Of a stretch of 64,000 nucleotides of DNA, positions 12,075 through 24,264 are shown piece by piece. Where the stretch lies: assembly GCF_000143415.4 (NCBI RefSeq), contig NW_003314277.1, positions 803,878-867,877 of the forward strand, in the 5' to 3' direction. The translations under genes were made by a program, and so were the position numbers. The first letter of the stretch is position 1. Each line of letters starts with the position of its first letter. This stretch comes from Selaginella moellendorffii (lineage: Eukaryota > Plantae > Lycopodiophyta). The notes below the pieces were generated by a model, which was not told the origin of the DNA, did no database searches, and saw only the letters and a program-made list of their open reading frames with translations.

Positions 12075-15000
12075 TGTGAGGGCCAAGTGTACGGCTACGA
12101 TGCCGTATACTAATATTAGCATAGTGGGATTTTGGTAGCCATCGGATTGGTTTCAATCCGGACCACTCGCTACTGTATATAAGTTAGGGTTTTTGGGCTA
12201 ATTGATATGCACATTTTTGTATTCCTTTTCCATATTCCATGCACTCACATTGGTGGAGATGAGAGGCACCTTTGATTATCCTTAGAGAGTGTTTGGATTT
12301 GGGATTTCAGTTTAGATCTAACTTTTGCATTGTCTAGATCTAGCTTTTTCCATTTCCTTTCTTTTGTTCTTTCCTTTCAGGATTTTGGTTTCGATCTAGC
12401 TTTTTGCATTGTCTAGATCTACCATTTCTTTCCAGCTTTTTTGTCATTTCTCTTCTTTTGCTCTTTCTTTTTCGTTCATCTTCATGGCCGATCCACAATC
12501 TCCTCTTTTGACTCTAGAGCAGCAGTTAGTTCAATTGCTTGATGCTATGCGCTTGCAATTAAACAACCAAACTCAGTTGATGGCGGCATTTATGGCATGT
12601 GGTACAACTCCTCCTGCTCTTGGTGCCAATCCTCACGTTCGGCCGGAGTTCTTTCGCGGGAATCCTGGGGATGATGTGTACCATTAGTTCAATCACTTTA
12701 CAGTGATTGCCATATATCATTCTTGGGATGATGCTCGACGGTTGCGTGAGTTTCCCACGTGTCTCCAAGGGACGGCGTTGCAATGGTACAATGGTTTGAG
12801 CGCAACTACTCGTGGGGATTGGAGTGTTCTCCCGGACGTCTTCAAACGCGCCTTCGGACATGCTGATGATTGTGATGATGCTTTCCAACAATTGCATCGT
12901 CTTCGCCAAGGGTCATTGGAGTCGGTGATGCAATTTGGCGTTCGTTTCCGAAGTCTTTTGCTTCGTGTGGAGCCAAATATGTCGGAGCGGATCAAGCTAG
13001 GAATGTTGTGGCCAGCACTTCGTCAAAATCTTGTCGGACTTGTGCATGCACTTGCTCCTGCCGCCCTTGACGATGCTCTTCGCTTGGCACAACGTTATGA
13101 GACGTCGCCTCTTCTACTTCTCGCTGCACGTCCTTCCGTTCTACTTCCTATGGGTGATGGTCCTGTTCCAATGGAGGTTGATGCTGCTGCTGCTCGAGTC
13201 CAAGGACAAGCGCGAGGACTTGGTCGTGGCCGTGATGTTCGCTGCTGGGCGTGTGATGAAGTTGGTCATACTTATCAGCGTTGCCGTCGTTTTCCGGATT
13301 GGCAACCTCCATTTCCTGGGTGGAGACCTTGGCGTCAGCAACGTCCCCTGGGTGCTGCTTGTAACGCACCTTATCTCTCTCCCCTTAAGCCAACTAGAAA
13401 AGGGGCAATTGCTTGGTGAGAGAGCCCTTAGTGGCTATTTTATCCTCATTTATCCCCCAAGGTTCCAAGGATCCACGGTGACAGTATATCCAAATCTCAT
13501 CCCATGATCACATGCGTTACACTCACCTCCCCTTCAGAGATGTCAATGTCCTCATTGACTATTGACTAACAACCCCTACTGAGCCAAGGGGAACCAAGCA
13601 CCTCCATTTCCGCACTCAATCTACCAATCCTTCCATTGTGTCAATGAGGACATTGACTAACAACCCCTACTGAGCCAAGGGGAACCAAGCACCTCCATTT
13701 CTGCACTCAATCTACCAATCCTTCCATTGTGTAAACCAGCTATTCCATGTGAGGCAACTAGTCATCCACCCGTACCGCAGTCCTCCATGTGAGGCAACTA
13801 GTCATCCACCCGTACCGCAGTCCCACGGTGGATACCTTCGTCCATGGATACTCCACACAAGAGGAAGGACGTACGCATGGATGCCCAATACGTACGATTT
13901 CAAATTTAGGGGTAGGAATATACCTTGCTCAAGGGTATATTATATTTTTAAGTAGCCACTAATAAATGGGAATCGAACCCGTGCCATTTGCTCCGATACC
14001 AACTGTAGCGCACCTTATCTCTCTCCCCTTAAGCCAACTGGAAAAGGGGCAATTGCTTGATGAGAGAGCCCTTAGTGGCTATTTTATCCCCATTTATCCC
14101 CCAAGGTTCCAAGGATCCACAGTGACAGTATACCCAAATCTCATCCCATGATCACATGCGCTACACTGCTGCAGTGGAAGGTCTGGACACCGAGATGCAT
14201 CCGGGAAACGAGGAGTCGCACGAGTAACAGAAGGACCTTGCGCGAATAAATCAGTGACCCTCCATCTTTCTTTTGGGAGTATCATCAAGGGGTTCACTCA
14301 GCATCAGTTCATCCAGTGTTTATTTTCCAAGCTCGTTTTTATAACAAGAGGTCTCCTATTATTCTCTCCGTGTTGGTTGATATAGGTTCGAGTTTATCTT
14401 CTATTGCTCGACCTGTTGCCACACGTTGTTGTCTACACTTGCGTTGTGTGGCAGAACCAATTTTCATTCTTTATGGCAACGGCCGTACACATGCATGTGC
14501 ACGGGATGAGGTGGACCTGGTTGTGCGTGTGGGCGATCTCGAGCTTGAGTTGCAGTCGTTGCGGGTGGTGCCGAGTTAAGCTTTTGACCTCATTCTTAGT
14601 ATGGATTGGTTGCAGCGCAATCATGCCAAGTGTGACTTTGAGGCTTCTCCCCCTTATCTCATACTTCTTTATGTTTCATCCATTCCTCTCACTTCCATAC
14701 CTCTTCGTCCCTCTACTTTTATCTTTGCTTCCATTACTTTTGTTCCCCCACTATTTCCTCTTGTGTCTCCATCTTGTTCTGCTCTTCCCTTTTCCGATCC
14801 CTCCGATGATCTTTGTGTTGCAGCTGTTGACCAGCTCATGAAGGAGTATTCTGATCTCTTTGACTTTGACCTATCGTCTGGGGCCAAGATTGCCACACGT
14901 CATCCCATTTCAACCGGGGATGCTCGTCCAATCAAGGTTCCTGTTCGTCGTCGGTCACCTAAGGAGATCAAGATTTTACATGCAAACGTCAAGGAGATGT

Positions 15001-17969
15001 TGGAGAAGGGTGTTATTCGAAAATCGCGGAGTTCTTGGGCATGTGAACCTCATCTTGTGACAAAGCCTGATGGGAGTATTCGTTTCTGCATCGACTATCG
15101 TCCATTAAATGAAGTGACGATCCTGGACGTGTACCCTCTTCCTCACACTGCTGATCTCTTGGATCGTCTGGGGCGAAGTCGTTGGTTCATCAAGCTAGAT
15201 CTTGCTTCTGGGTATTGGCAAATACCGATGGCCGAAGAAGATATTCCTAAGACTGCTTTTCGTACACCATTTGGTTTGTACGAGTTCTTGGTGATGCCGT
15301 TTGGTTTGAACAATGCTCCAGCAACTTTTCAGCGGATGATGGACGAGGTTCTTTGCGATATGCTAGAGGTGACGATTGACTTTATTGATGATGTCTTGAT
15401 CCACTCGGAGGGGATGTGGGAGGAGCACGTTCATGATGTTTGTAAAGTGTTGGATCGGCTACGTGACGTTGGTTTAAAGCTGAAGCGGTCAAAGTGCATG
15501 TTTGGGTCTAAGGACACAACTTATCTTGGGTACCGTATTTCTTGTGAGGGTTTGCAAGTTGATCCTGACAAACTTGTGGCTGTTCTAAAGTTCCCTACTG
15601 CGAAGTGTGTGAATGATGTGCAACGTTTTTTGGGTAAGGTACAGTATCTTGGTCGTTTTGTGGATCATCTTTCCGATCGCACTACACCATTGCGAGCATT
15701 TCTGAAGTCATCAACGTCATCTTTCATCTGGTCTCTGGATTGTGAGTGGGCGTTCGTGAATCTCAAAGAGCTATTGACGACTCCTCCGGTTTTGGCATAT
15801 TCTGACTACACTCGACCTTTTATTTTGCGCGTAGATGCTTCTGACATCGGTCTTAGAGGTGTGTTGATGCAAGAGAGCTCGAGTGTGCCTAGTCAGTGCC
15901 ATCCCATTGCATACATAAGTCGTACATTACAACCAGCGGAGATGAACTACTCCACGATGGAGAAGGAGTGTTTAGCAGCAGTCTGGGGTTTCGAGAAACT
16001 TCATGCATATCTACATGGTTCTCGGACGTTACTTGAAGGTGACCATGCTGCTGTTACTTCATTATTGAAGCAGAAGAACCTGGTTGGTTGTACGGCTCGA
16101 TGGGCTTTGAAGCTTCAGATATATAATTTCAATGTTGTTCATCACCTAGGGAGTTCTATGGCTGATGCTGATGCCCTTTCTTGAGCTCCTCTTCCTTCTC
16201 CACTCACTTCTCATGTTTCTGACGAACCTGTTGTTCTAGCATCTGTGGATTTTCTAGATGAGGATTCTGTGCCGTCGGCGGTTGCTGTCCTTGACGTTCA
16301 GTGTCCACAGGGTGCAAAGAAAGATCTACCTTCTCTTGATAAGGTTCACGAGGCTCAAAAAATTGAGCTGTGGATTCGAAGGCTTCGAAATGGGTTTGAG
16401 AATCCTGCATCACTTGCTAATGACTTGCCTTTCCGGCATTTACATTCTCAATATCGCCTTGAAAATGGCCTTCTTTATTTCGTGGGGCCATTTTCAAGGC
16501 GATATTGAGAATGTAAATGCCGGATCCTGATGATCATTTACGGTTGGTGGTGCCTTCGGTGTTTATTCCGCAGTTTCTCCATGCCTACCATGATTCTCCT
16601 GTTCTAGGTGGGCATATGGGACACTGTCGTGTCACCGAGAAGCTGCGCAGGTCTTTCTATTGGCCGGAGATGTGACGTGATATTATCCGGTATGTGCGTA
16701 GCTGCGTTTGGTGCCAAGCTCGTAATACTCCCCCTTGTGCTGTGGAAGGACGGTTGGAGTCAATTGCAGTTTCCCGTCCGTTTGAGTTGGTGGCGTTTGA
16801 TCTTATGGGACCTTTTCCACGATCGACTGTTGGCAATGAGTATGTTATTATTGCTTCTAACTACTTGACTCATTGGGTGGAAGTTGGTGCTCTTGCTAGC
16901 GCCTCTGCAACTGCTGTTGGATACTTCCTCCTCAATCGAGTGGTGTTCCAGCATTCTTGTCCAGAGCGGATTCTTTCGGATAATGGTCTTGCATTTATGG
17001 CTGAGGTATTTCATGTTTTGACATCTCGGTTGGGGATACGCCACACTTTTACAAGTGCTTATCATCCACAATCATACGGTCTGGTGGAACGGCTCGTTCG
17101 GACATTCAAGGGGATGATTGCGAAGTATGTGAACTTTCAGCATTCGGATTGGGATGGTTATTTGTCGTCTCTTCGGTATGCCTATGTCACAGGGGTGCAG
17201 AGTTCTGTTGGTGCTTCACCATATAAACTTCTATATGGTCATGATCCAATATTACCAACAGAGCTGGGTTTACCTTCGCGATTGCCATGAGCTCCTGATG
17301 CTAGGTCATGGGATCAATATTTGACAAGCATTCTTCCACTTGTCCGAGCAGAGTCTGCCGAACACTTAGGCCACGTACAAGTGGGACAACAACGATGCTA
17401 CAACTCCCATTATCGTCAACCTGCGGAGTACAAAGTGGATGATTTGGTGTTAGTCCGTTTTCCCCATCTTACGGTACGCGGTTTATCTAAGGGGCTCCTT
17501 GCACAGTGGAAAGGACCGTATCGGGTGTTGCGGCAAGTTGGACCCCAAGTTTATGAGGTTCGGCATGACGTTCAGCAGGCCGATCCTCCGGAGATTGTGC
17601 ATGTGCAGCGGTTAAAACGCTTCATACAAAGGGATCAGGAGCAGTTAGTACCGTCTACAGATCCGCCGATACCTCCGCCTAACGTTCCTCCAGATCCCGG
17701 CCCATCTACAAGAGAACCCTGACGTTCCTCCAGATCCCGGCCCATCTATAAGAGAACCCTGACGGCCTTCCATTATTCCGAGAGGAGGGGATGATGTGAG
17801 GGCCAAGTGTACGGCTACGATGCCGTATATTAATATTAGCGTAGTGGGATTTTGGTAGCCGTCGGATTGGTTTCAATCCGGACCACTCGCTCCTGTATAT
17901 AAGCTAGGGTTTTTGGGCTAATTGATATGCACATTTCTGTATTCCCTTTCCATATTCCATGCACTCACA
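12075..17969 (+). mobile_element. Ty3/Gypsy LTR retrotransposon, full length but with premature stops
   Basis: 175-bp TG..CA LTRs at 12075-12249 and 17795-17969 (about 7 mismatches); 4-bp TSD ATTA; PBS TGGTGGAGATG at 12251; PPT AGAGGAGGGG before the 3' LTR. Coding: gag with CCHC knuckle (CWACDEVGHTYQRC), PR (VLVDIGSS), RT (LDLASGYWQI, MPFGL, FIDD), RNase H (VDASD), integrase (HHCC plus D,D,E region), in PR-RT-RH-INT order. Confidence 0.95.
13360..14165 (-). mobile_element. TRIM (terminal-repeat retrotransposon in miniature) nested in Gypsy gag
   Basis: About 160-bp direct repeats at 13360-13521 and 14004-14165; 5-bp TSD CTGCT; minus-strand PBS TGGTATCGGAGC (tRNA-Met) and PPT AAGGGGAGGTGAG; non-coding interior with two tandem duplications. 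Confidence 0.92.
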
Positions 17970-18124
17970 ATTATAATTTTAGTATTCTAGTAATTTTCAA
18001 GTAAATCAAAGAATAAAAAACGCCAAGAAGTCAATAGAAAATCATCCAGGTAGTGGTCCAACTTCATTGAGCCTAGACTATTGCAATTGAGCCTACCCTC
18101 TGCAACAGTCTGTAAGCAACTAAA

Positions 18125-19251
18125 TTTTCCATTCTACTTTAGTCACTTAACCACACCTCCGACCACTTGGAGGAGTCTCATTCACAACCTCCATAAGTCC
18201 AATTCAGGACTTGGGACTTGCTAGCCCCGAGAATGGCATCCATGCCACTCAACATTTGCACTTGGTCCAAGTGCTCCACGTGTCCGATCCCATGACCGAC
18301 ACTCAAAGGTACCACCGACATGGCAGCCCGTTACGCTAAGGCCATGCCCAATCACCTTCGCCACACTGGTAGTCCAATACCACTTGCATCACAGTCTTGG
18401 CTCTCCAAGACTAGGCAAACCATCCATGAGTGGTCATCTCAGATCCACTCCTTAGCATCCTTAGGATGCCCACCGACAAGGGGAATAGCCTTCCCCAATA
18501 TCCCTCTGTCAATCCCCACTAAGTCCCTTTCTGCCCTTGACCGTGTTTGCCAACACTACCACTGGATCGAGACCCACAGGCCCGACCACTAAGTCCCACG
18601 GTCCTCTAGGACTTCCTCACCACACGACTGTGTCCTTGGTCACTACCCCAGAGGACTGCTCCTCTTCCTTACCACAGTCTGGGCCTTTGGGACAACATTT
18701 CGGAACACCGTGGCCTTACGCGAGCCACCTGGGTACTCTCCCCGCCTTCCGCCTTTAGGCGCTCTAGCCATGGGCTTAGAGCGAGGTTCCATTGAGCCAC
18801 GACAGGTATCCAAGTAGGTAGTGCCACCCACACTTGGACTGGGAGCATCGGCCAGTCGATCTCCCGGGGGAACTAGAGCCGGCTCTTGAACACTTCACCA
18901 AGCTACCCCACCTGTCGGTCTGTGTTCACTCTAGTCTTGGACTTCCCAGTGGGCAGCTCATCACCCAACACTGGGTTCGGCCTTCCTGAGCCAAACTGGC
19001 CTTTCCTGGCCAAACTGGCTCCACTGCAGTCTTCCCCCTACTATACTTTTGGAGCTCACCAAACCCCCCAGGGTCTGGGAGACGAACGCTTTGGGCTTTC
19101 ACCCTCTCAGACTCGAACTCGGACTCGGACTCGGACTCGGACTTGGACTCGGACTCGGACTCGGACTCGGACTCGGGCTCGGTCTTGGCCTTGGCCCTTG
19201 TCTCGGTCTCGGTCCCGGTCTCGGTCTCGGTCTCGGTCTCGGTCCCGGTCA

Positions 19252-19292
<41 letters not shown>

Positions 19293-19859
19293 CCGGTCTT
19301 GGTCTCGACCTCGGACTCCATCTCGGGTCCTTCTCGGACTCCATCTCGGACTCCGTCTCGGTCCATCTCGGACTCCATCTCGGACTCCATCTTGGGTCCA
19401 TCTCGGACTCCATCTCGGGTCCATCTCGGACTCTGTCTCGGTCCATCTCGGACTCCATCTCGGGTCCATCTCGGACTCCATCTCGGGTCCATCTCGGACT
19501 CCATCTCGGACTCCATCTCGGACTCCGTCTCGGTCCATTTCGGACTCCATCTCGGACTCCACCTCGGACTCTAACTCGGGTCCTTCTCGGACTCCATTTC
19601 GGACTCCAACTCGAGTCCATCTCGGACACTTCCACGTGTCATGTGTTGGTCCTTTTGGGGTCCCTTTTTGGAGCCTCGCTTTTTGCTCGCTTCGTGCTCG
19701 TTCCTCAAGCACTTCGTTGGGAGTTCCACTCCCGCTCTTGACTTTTCAAGTCGGAGCTTTTGGTCCAAACGTGTTACGCTCGTTTGGCTCTCGCTTCGGC
19801 CACTACCACGTGGCGCCCTTCCGGCTCCACTTTGGGGCCTAGGGATTTTGTGTCTCACA
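18125..19859. mobile_element. LTR-like fragment ending in ..TCTCACA and containing a long simple repeat
   Basis: Interrupts the GULLO spacer, ends in CA, and has a decayed homologue at about 38820-39418. No coding capacity. Confidence 0.55.
19110..19627 (+). repeat. Compound microsatellite (CTCGGA)n/(CTCGGT)n grading into the 12-mer (CTCGGACTCCAT)n
   Basis: Directly visible; produces the RS/DR/ET/SD low-complexity ORFs in all frames. Confidence 0.95.
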
Positions 19860-19904
19860 CAGTCCAGCCAAGAGTGTCAATCTTTGGCAAGCTATTCAAT
19901 TTTC

Positions 19905-20160
19905 TATTACAATTTCAAATTTGAGATAAGAATATACTTTGCTCAAGGGTATATTATATTTTTAAGTAGCCACTAATTAATGAGAATTGAATTTATACCA
20001 TTTGCTATAGCACACTTTATTTCTCTCCCCTTAAGTCAATTGGAATAAAAACAATTGCTTGATGAGAGAGCCTTTAATGGCTATTTTATCCCCATTTATC
20101 TTCCAAAGTTCCAACTATAACAATATATTAAAACCTCATCCCATGATCACATGTGTTACA
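19905..20160 (-). mobile_element. Partial decayed copy of the 13360-14165 TRIM
   Basis: Matches the TRIM internal segment (13895-13990) and the LTR ending ...gatcacatgtgttaca. Confidence 0.8.
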
Positions 20161-20348
20161 AAATTATCTTTAGAATATCCTTTAATACTCATATTATAAG
20201 CTTTATTTTAGTTTCTTTTCACTTAAATCATGTAAAAGAGTTCCCATTCTCCCAAAGTTTGTGGATGTTACCTAGTAGGCATATTTTTGAGAAAATCTCA
20301 CCCATGAAAGCTTTAATGACATGTAAAATTATCAAGTAGCAAACCTAA

Positions 20349-21729
20349 TGTAGCGCATGTGATCATGGAATGAAATTTATATATAATATTACTATGGATT
20401 CTTAGAACCTTGGAGGATAAATAGGGATAAAATAGCCATTAAAGGCTCTCTCATTAAGCATTGCTCTTTTTTTAGTTGGCTTAAGAGGAGAGAGATAAGA
20501 TGCACTACATGTGGTATTAGAGCAAATGGCACGGGAATAGCTGGTCTACATAATGGAAGGATTGGTAGATTCAGCACAAATATATTTTTACCTTTAAATT
20601 TGAAATAGTAGTATTAAGCATTTATATGTACATCCTTCTTTTTGTGTGAAGTATTTATAGACAAAGGTATCTACTGTGGGACTGCGATATAGTGGATGAT
20701 TAGTTGTTGCAATGGAAAGATTGGTAGATTCAATGCAGAAATGGACGTGTTAATTCCCCTTGGCTCAGTAAGGGTTGTTATTATGGGATGAAAAAGAACG
20801 CTTAACCCCAAATATCCCAAAACCCTTAACTACATTGACATCTCTAAAGAGGGGTGAGTGTAGTGTATGTGATCATGGGATGAAAAAAGACGCTTAACCC
20901 CAAATATCCCAAAACCCTTAACCAATTAGAAAAAGGGGTGCACTCTTATTTATAGGCCCTTTCCCTTTATATTTGAACCCTATGGACTATCTCTCAAATC
21001 GTTCTCTTTAGTTGCTTACAATCTACCATGCTTCCCTATAAGTTCACGCCCTCGTGAATGGAAGTTAAAAGCCGCAACTCTTGATCCACCACGCTTCCCT
21101 GCAAATTCACGCCCTCATGAATGGAAATTAAGAGCCGCAGCTCTCGATCCACCACGCTTCCCTGCAAATTCACACCCTCGTGAATGGAAGCTAAGAACCG
21201 CAGCTCTCCCGAGAGCCCCGCTCTCTTGACACCCTACCCCTCGAGTCAAGCCCAGCTCAAAGCCGTAGCTCTCTTGACACCCTACCCCTCGGGTCGAGCC
21301 CAACAGGAGCAAACTAGATTAGCTAAATGTCAATTAACATATGGTGTGATTCCCTTAGCCAACCAATAGAGTCAGACCCAAGACCGCTCTGATACTAAAT
21401 ATAAGCTTCTAAGTTTGGACTTCCTAGGAGGTCACATAACCCAGTATTATTCAAACTTAATAACATTTAACCCCAAATATCCCAAGACTCTTAACCTATT
21501 GGAAAAGGGGGTGCACTCTTATTTATGGGCCCTTTCCTTTTATATTTGAACCCCATGGACAATTTCTTAAGTCGTTATCTTTGGTTACTTATAATTTAGA
21601 TATACTATCACCGTGGATTCTTAGAACTTTAAGGGATAAATAAGGATAAAATAACCATTAAAAACTTTTTCATCAAGCAATTACCCCTTTTCCAATTGGA
21701 TTAAAGGAAAAGAAATAAAGTGCATTACA
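20349..21729 (+). mobile_element. TRIM of the same family, with its 3' LTR split by a Cassandra-like insertion
   Basis: LTR at 20349 to about 20509; PBS tggtattagagc; the 3' LTR starts at about 20859 and resumes at 21594-21729. Flanks CCTAA/CCTAG are a degenerate TSD. Confidence 0.8.
20890..21593 (-). mobile_element. Cassandra-like TRIM with a 5S rRNA-derived segment in its LTR
   Basis: LTR copies at 21400-21593 and (truncated) about 20890-21020. The minus strand of 21417-21473 reads GTTAAATGTT...AATACTGGGTTATGTGACCTCCTAGGAAGTCC, aligning to the 5S A/C-box region GTTAAGCGTGC...AGTACTAGGATGGGTGACCTCCTGGGAAGTCC. Degenerate Met PBS at about 21383-21397; short interior with tandem repeats. Confidence 0.75.
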
Positions 21730-22430
21730 CCTAGGGCTTGATTTTTTCTTGGAGATAATGCTCTTTTTTGTTAGCACTAGAAATTTTCATTTTCACTCGT
21801 TGTGAAATACTTTTGGGGCAGTGATGAGTTAATAACAGTATTCTTAATGAAGTTTGAAGCCCTAATATTCACAAAATATTTTGAGGTACCAAGTACTTGA
21901 AATTTCTATACTAATCTAAGCACTTATTTCTAGGTGTTGATTTCCCCTAGAGCACTTCTCAATCCAAGCATTGCTTATGTGGAATATCAGTTTTTGAATT
22001 TTCAGGAATTCACAAAAATTTCATTTGATTTTCAAATTCAGTTTTTCTTTAGTGAGGAGTTTGATAAAACTTACTTGACACTAACTCATTTCCAAATCTT
22101 TCTTTCTCCATGGCTGCATACGTGTGGGAAGCGGCAATTGGAGCTCAAAGACAGGATGCAGTATTGGAAACATCCTGGAATTTTACAAACATTTTGAAGG
22201 ACTGGTGCTGGCTGGTTGATGTTCCCAATGATAGCTACGCCGCAAAGACAAATGGCCTTCATTCTTGCTTTCACACTATGTATTTTGTCCGCTCTTGGAA
22301 AGTAACAACTTATAAACAGCATTTGTACTTATTAAATGATTTTATTGACAAGTCAAGGTGGCAAAAATTGACTTTGATAGAAAATGATACATAAATCTTT
22401 GAGAGCTTTCACCAACAAATACTCGAGATC

Positions 22431-24264
22431 ATGAAGTTTGTCTTCCTCGCCCTCCTCTTTTCTCTCAACTTGCATCTTGTAAGATCTCTAGTAGAATGCA
22501 ATGCGAGTGGCTGCGAGCTCAAGAACTATCTCAGAGGTCCATGGCCAGATCGCAGGCCTTGCAAGATCACCAAGGCGTTCTTCCCGACCAACGAGGCCGA
22601 GCTCCTCGACGCTGTGGCCTACGCAGTAAAGAGCAAGCAGAAGATCAAAGTGGTAAGCAGGGAGGCACATACCATGACCAAATTCGCATGTCCAAACTCC
22701 GGATCCGACACAGGGGGAGTTGTCATCAGCACCGCTAGCTTCAACTCCAACTCGAGCATCGTTGTCGACAAAAGCTCTATGACGGTCTCCACGCCCCCTG
22801 GAATCATGCTTGGCGAGCTTATCGATCTCCTGGCGATGCAAGGCGTGACTTTGCACCAGACCATCGCCTGGAACGGCGTGTCGCCAGCGGGCATGGTGAG
22901 CACGGGGGGCCATGGCAGCAGCCTTTGGGGTCGCGGGGGAGGAACTTACGAGTACCTCGTGTCCATGAGAATCGTCGTTCCGGCCTCCAAGAACGAAGGC
23001 TTTGCTAAAGTTGTCACGGTCGCGGAGGGGAGTGATCTGTTCCACGCCGCCAGGATCTCGCTGGGAGTTCTTGGAGCTGTTTCCCAGCTGACGTTCTCCG
23101 TACAGCCCATGACGAAGAGGTCTGTGACGCTGTCGGTGGCGGACGATGCGTCTCTGGAAGAGGACTTCTTGACATTGGCTCAGGAGCACGAGTTCGCGGA
23201 AGTATCGTGGTTCAGCTCGCAGAAGAAATTTGTGTCGAGGATCGATGACAAAGCGCCACTCTCGGTGCCAGGAAATGGCGCTGAGACTACAGCTCTGTTT
23301 CTTACCGTCCAGGCTGCTGCTGCCAGGAGTTCAAGACTGAGCCGTCAGTCCTCTATATCCCTGTCCCGGATTTTCCTTCCTTTCGTGCTCTCCGACTGAT
23401 CTTACAATTGAATGTTTTCCAGAAGAAGCAGCTGAAGCGATTGGGAATTCAACCTTCTTCTGCTCCGTTGCTAAGAACACCGTGAACACCGTTACTTCCA
23501 CGGGTGGCGGATTTTTCAATGATGAGCAGCAGCAACATTTCTCGGGATTCCCTGTGGTCGGATACTTCCACAAGTTTCAAGCTCGAGGAGGCTGCCAGTA
23601 CACCTACAGCAACTCCACCAATTTGGCTCTTCCGGAGTCTGAGAGGCTCGTCTGCGGCTGGGACTTCCGTGCTTATGGCCAATTCTGGTTCCACGTCTCT
23701 ATAGCTATCTCCATCAGCGATGTTGGCAACTTTATCCGAGACGTGAAGCAGTTGAGAGACTTGTCGCCAGAACGTCTCTGTCTGCTTGACACTTCCATGA
23801 CATTATTCATTAGATACTTGAAAGCTTCTCAGGCTTACCTTGGACCGAAGACTGACGCAGCAGAGATTGAGTTCATGACGTTCCGAGACAGGAGGCCAGG
23901 GGAACCACAGACGTACGAGGACGTTGCTGAGGAGATAGAGCAGCTTTTACTGTTTAAGTATAACGGGAAGCCACACTTCGGGAAGAACAGGCCGCATGCA
24001 TTCCGGGACATTGGAAGGAAGACGAAGAATTTGTCTAAGTTTCTTTCGGCTAGGAGGAAGTTGGATCCACAAGGATGGTTTTCAAGTGATTGGTCTGACT
24101 CAGTGCTGGGAATCCGAGGAAGTCCGGTGACAGCAAAGGATGGATGTGCTTTGGAAGGACTGTGTGTTTGCAGCGAAGCCAGGCACTGTGCTCCAGACAA
24201 AGGATATTTTTGCAGACCAGGACTTGTTTATCGCGAGGCAAGAGTCTGTAGCAATAGAAGTTAA
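22431..24264 (+). CDS. GULLO: Secreted L-gulonolactone/D-arabinono-1,4-lactone oxidase-like FAD oxidase (copy 2, intact; intron 23344-23422)
   Basis: Signal peptide; WPDRRPC; PTNEAELLDAVA; AHT..KFACP; STGGHGSSLWG; SLGVLGAVSQLT; KPHFGKNR; C-terminal GCALEGLCVCS..HCAP.KGYFCRPG, typical of plant GULLO. Confidence 0.93.

Noticed and set aside
13550-13825. Tandem repeats resembling an array (also at 21045-21300 and 17682-17762)
   Set aside because: Only 2-3 units with no unique spacers. These are internal TE duplications, not CRISPR-like arrays.
18886-19858. SR-protein-like, RD-repeat and ET-repeat ORFs
   Set aside because: Artefacts of the hexamer microsatellite; no RRM or other domain.
21417-21473. 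5S rRNA gene
   Set aside because: Only a degenerate internal segment inside an LTR, not a full-length 5S gene.
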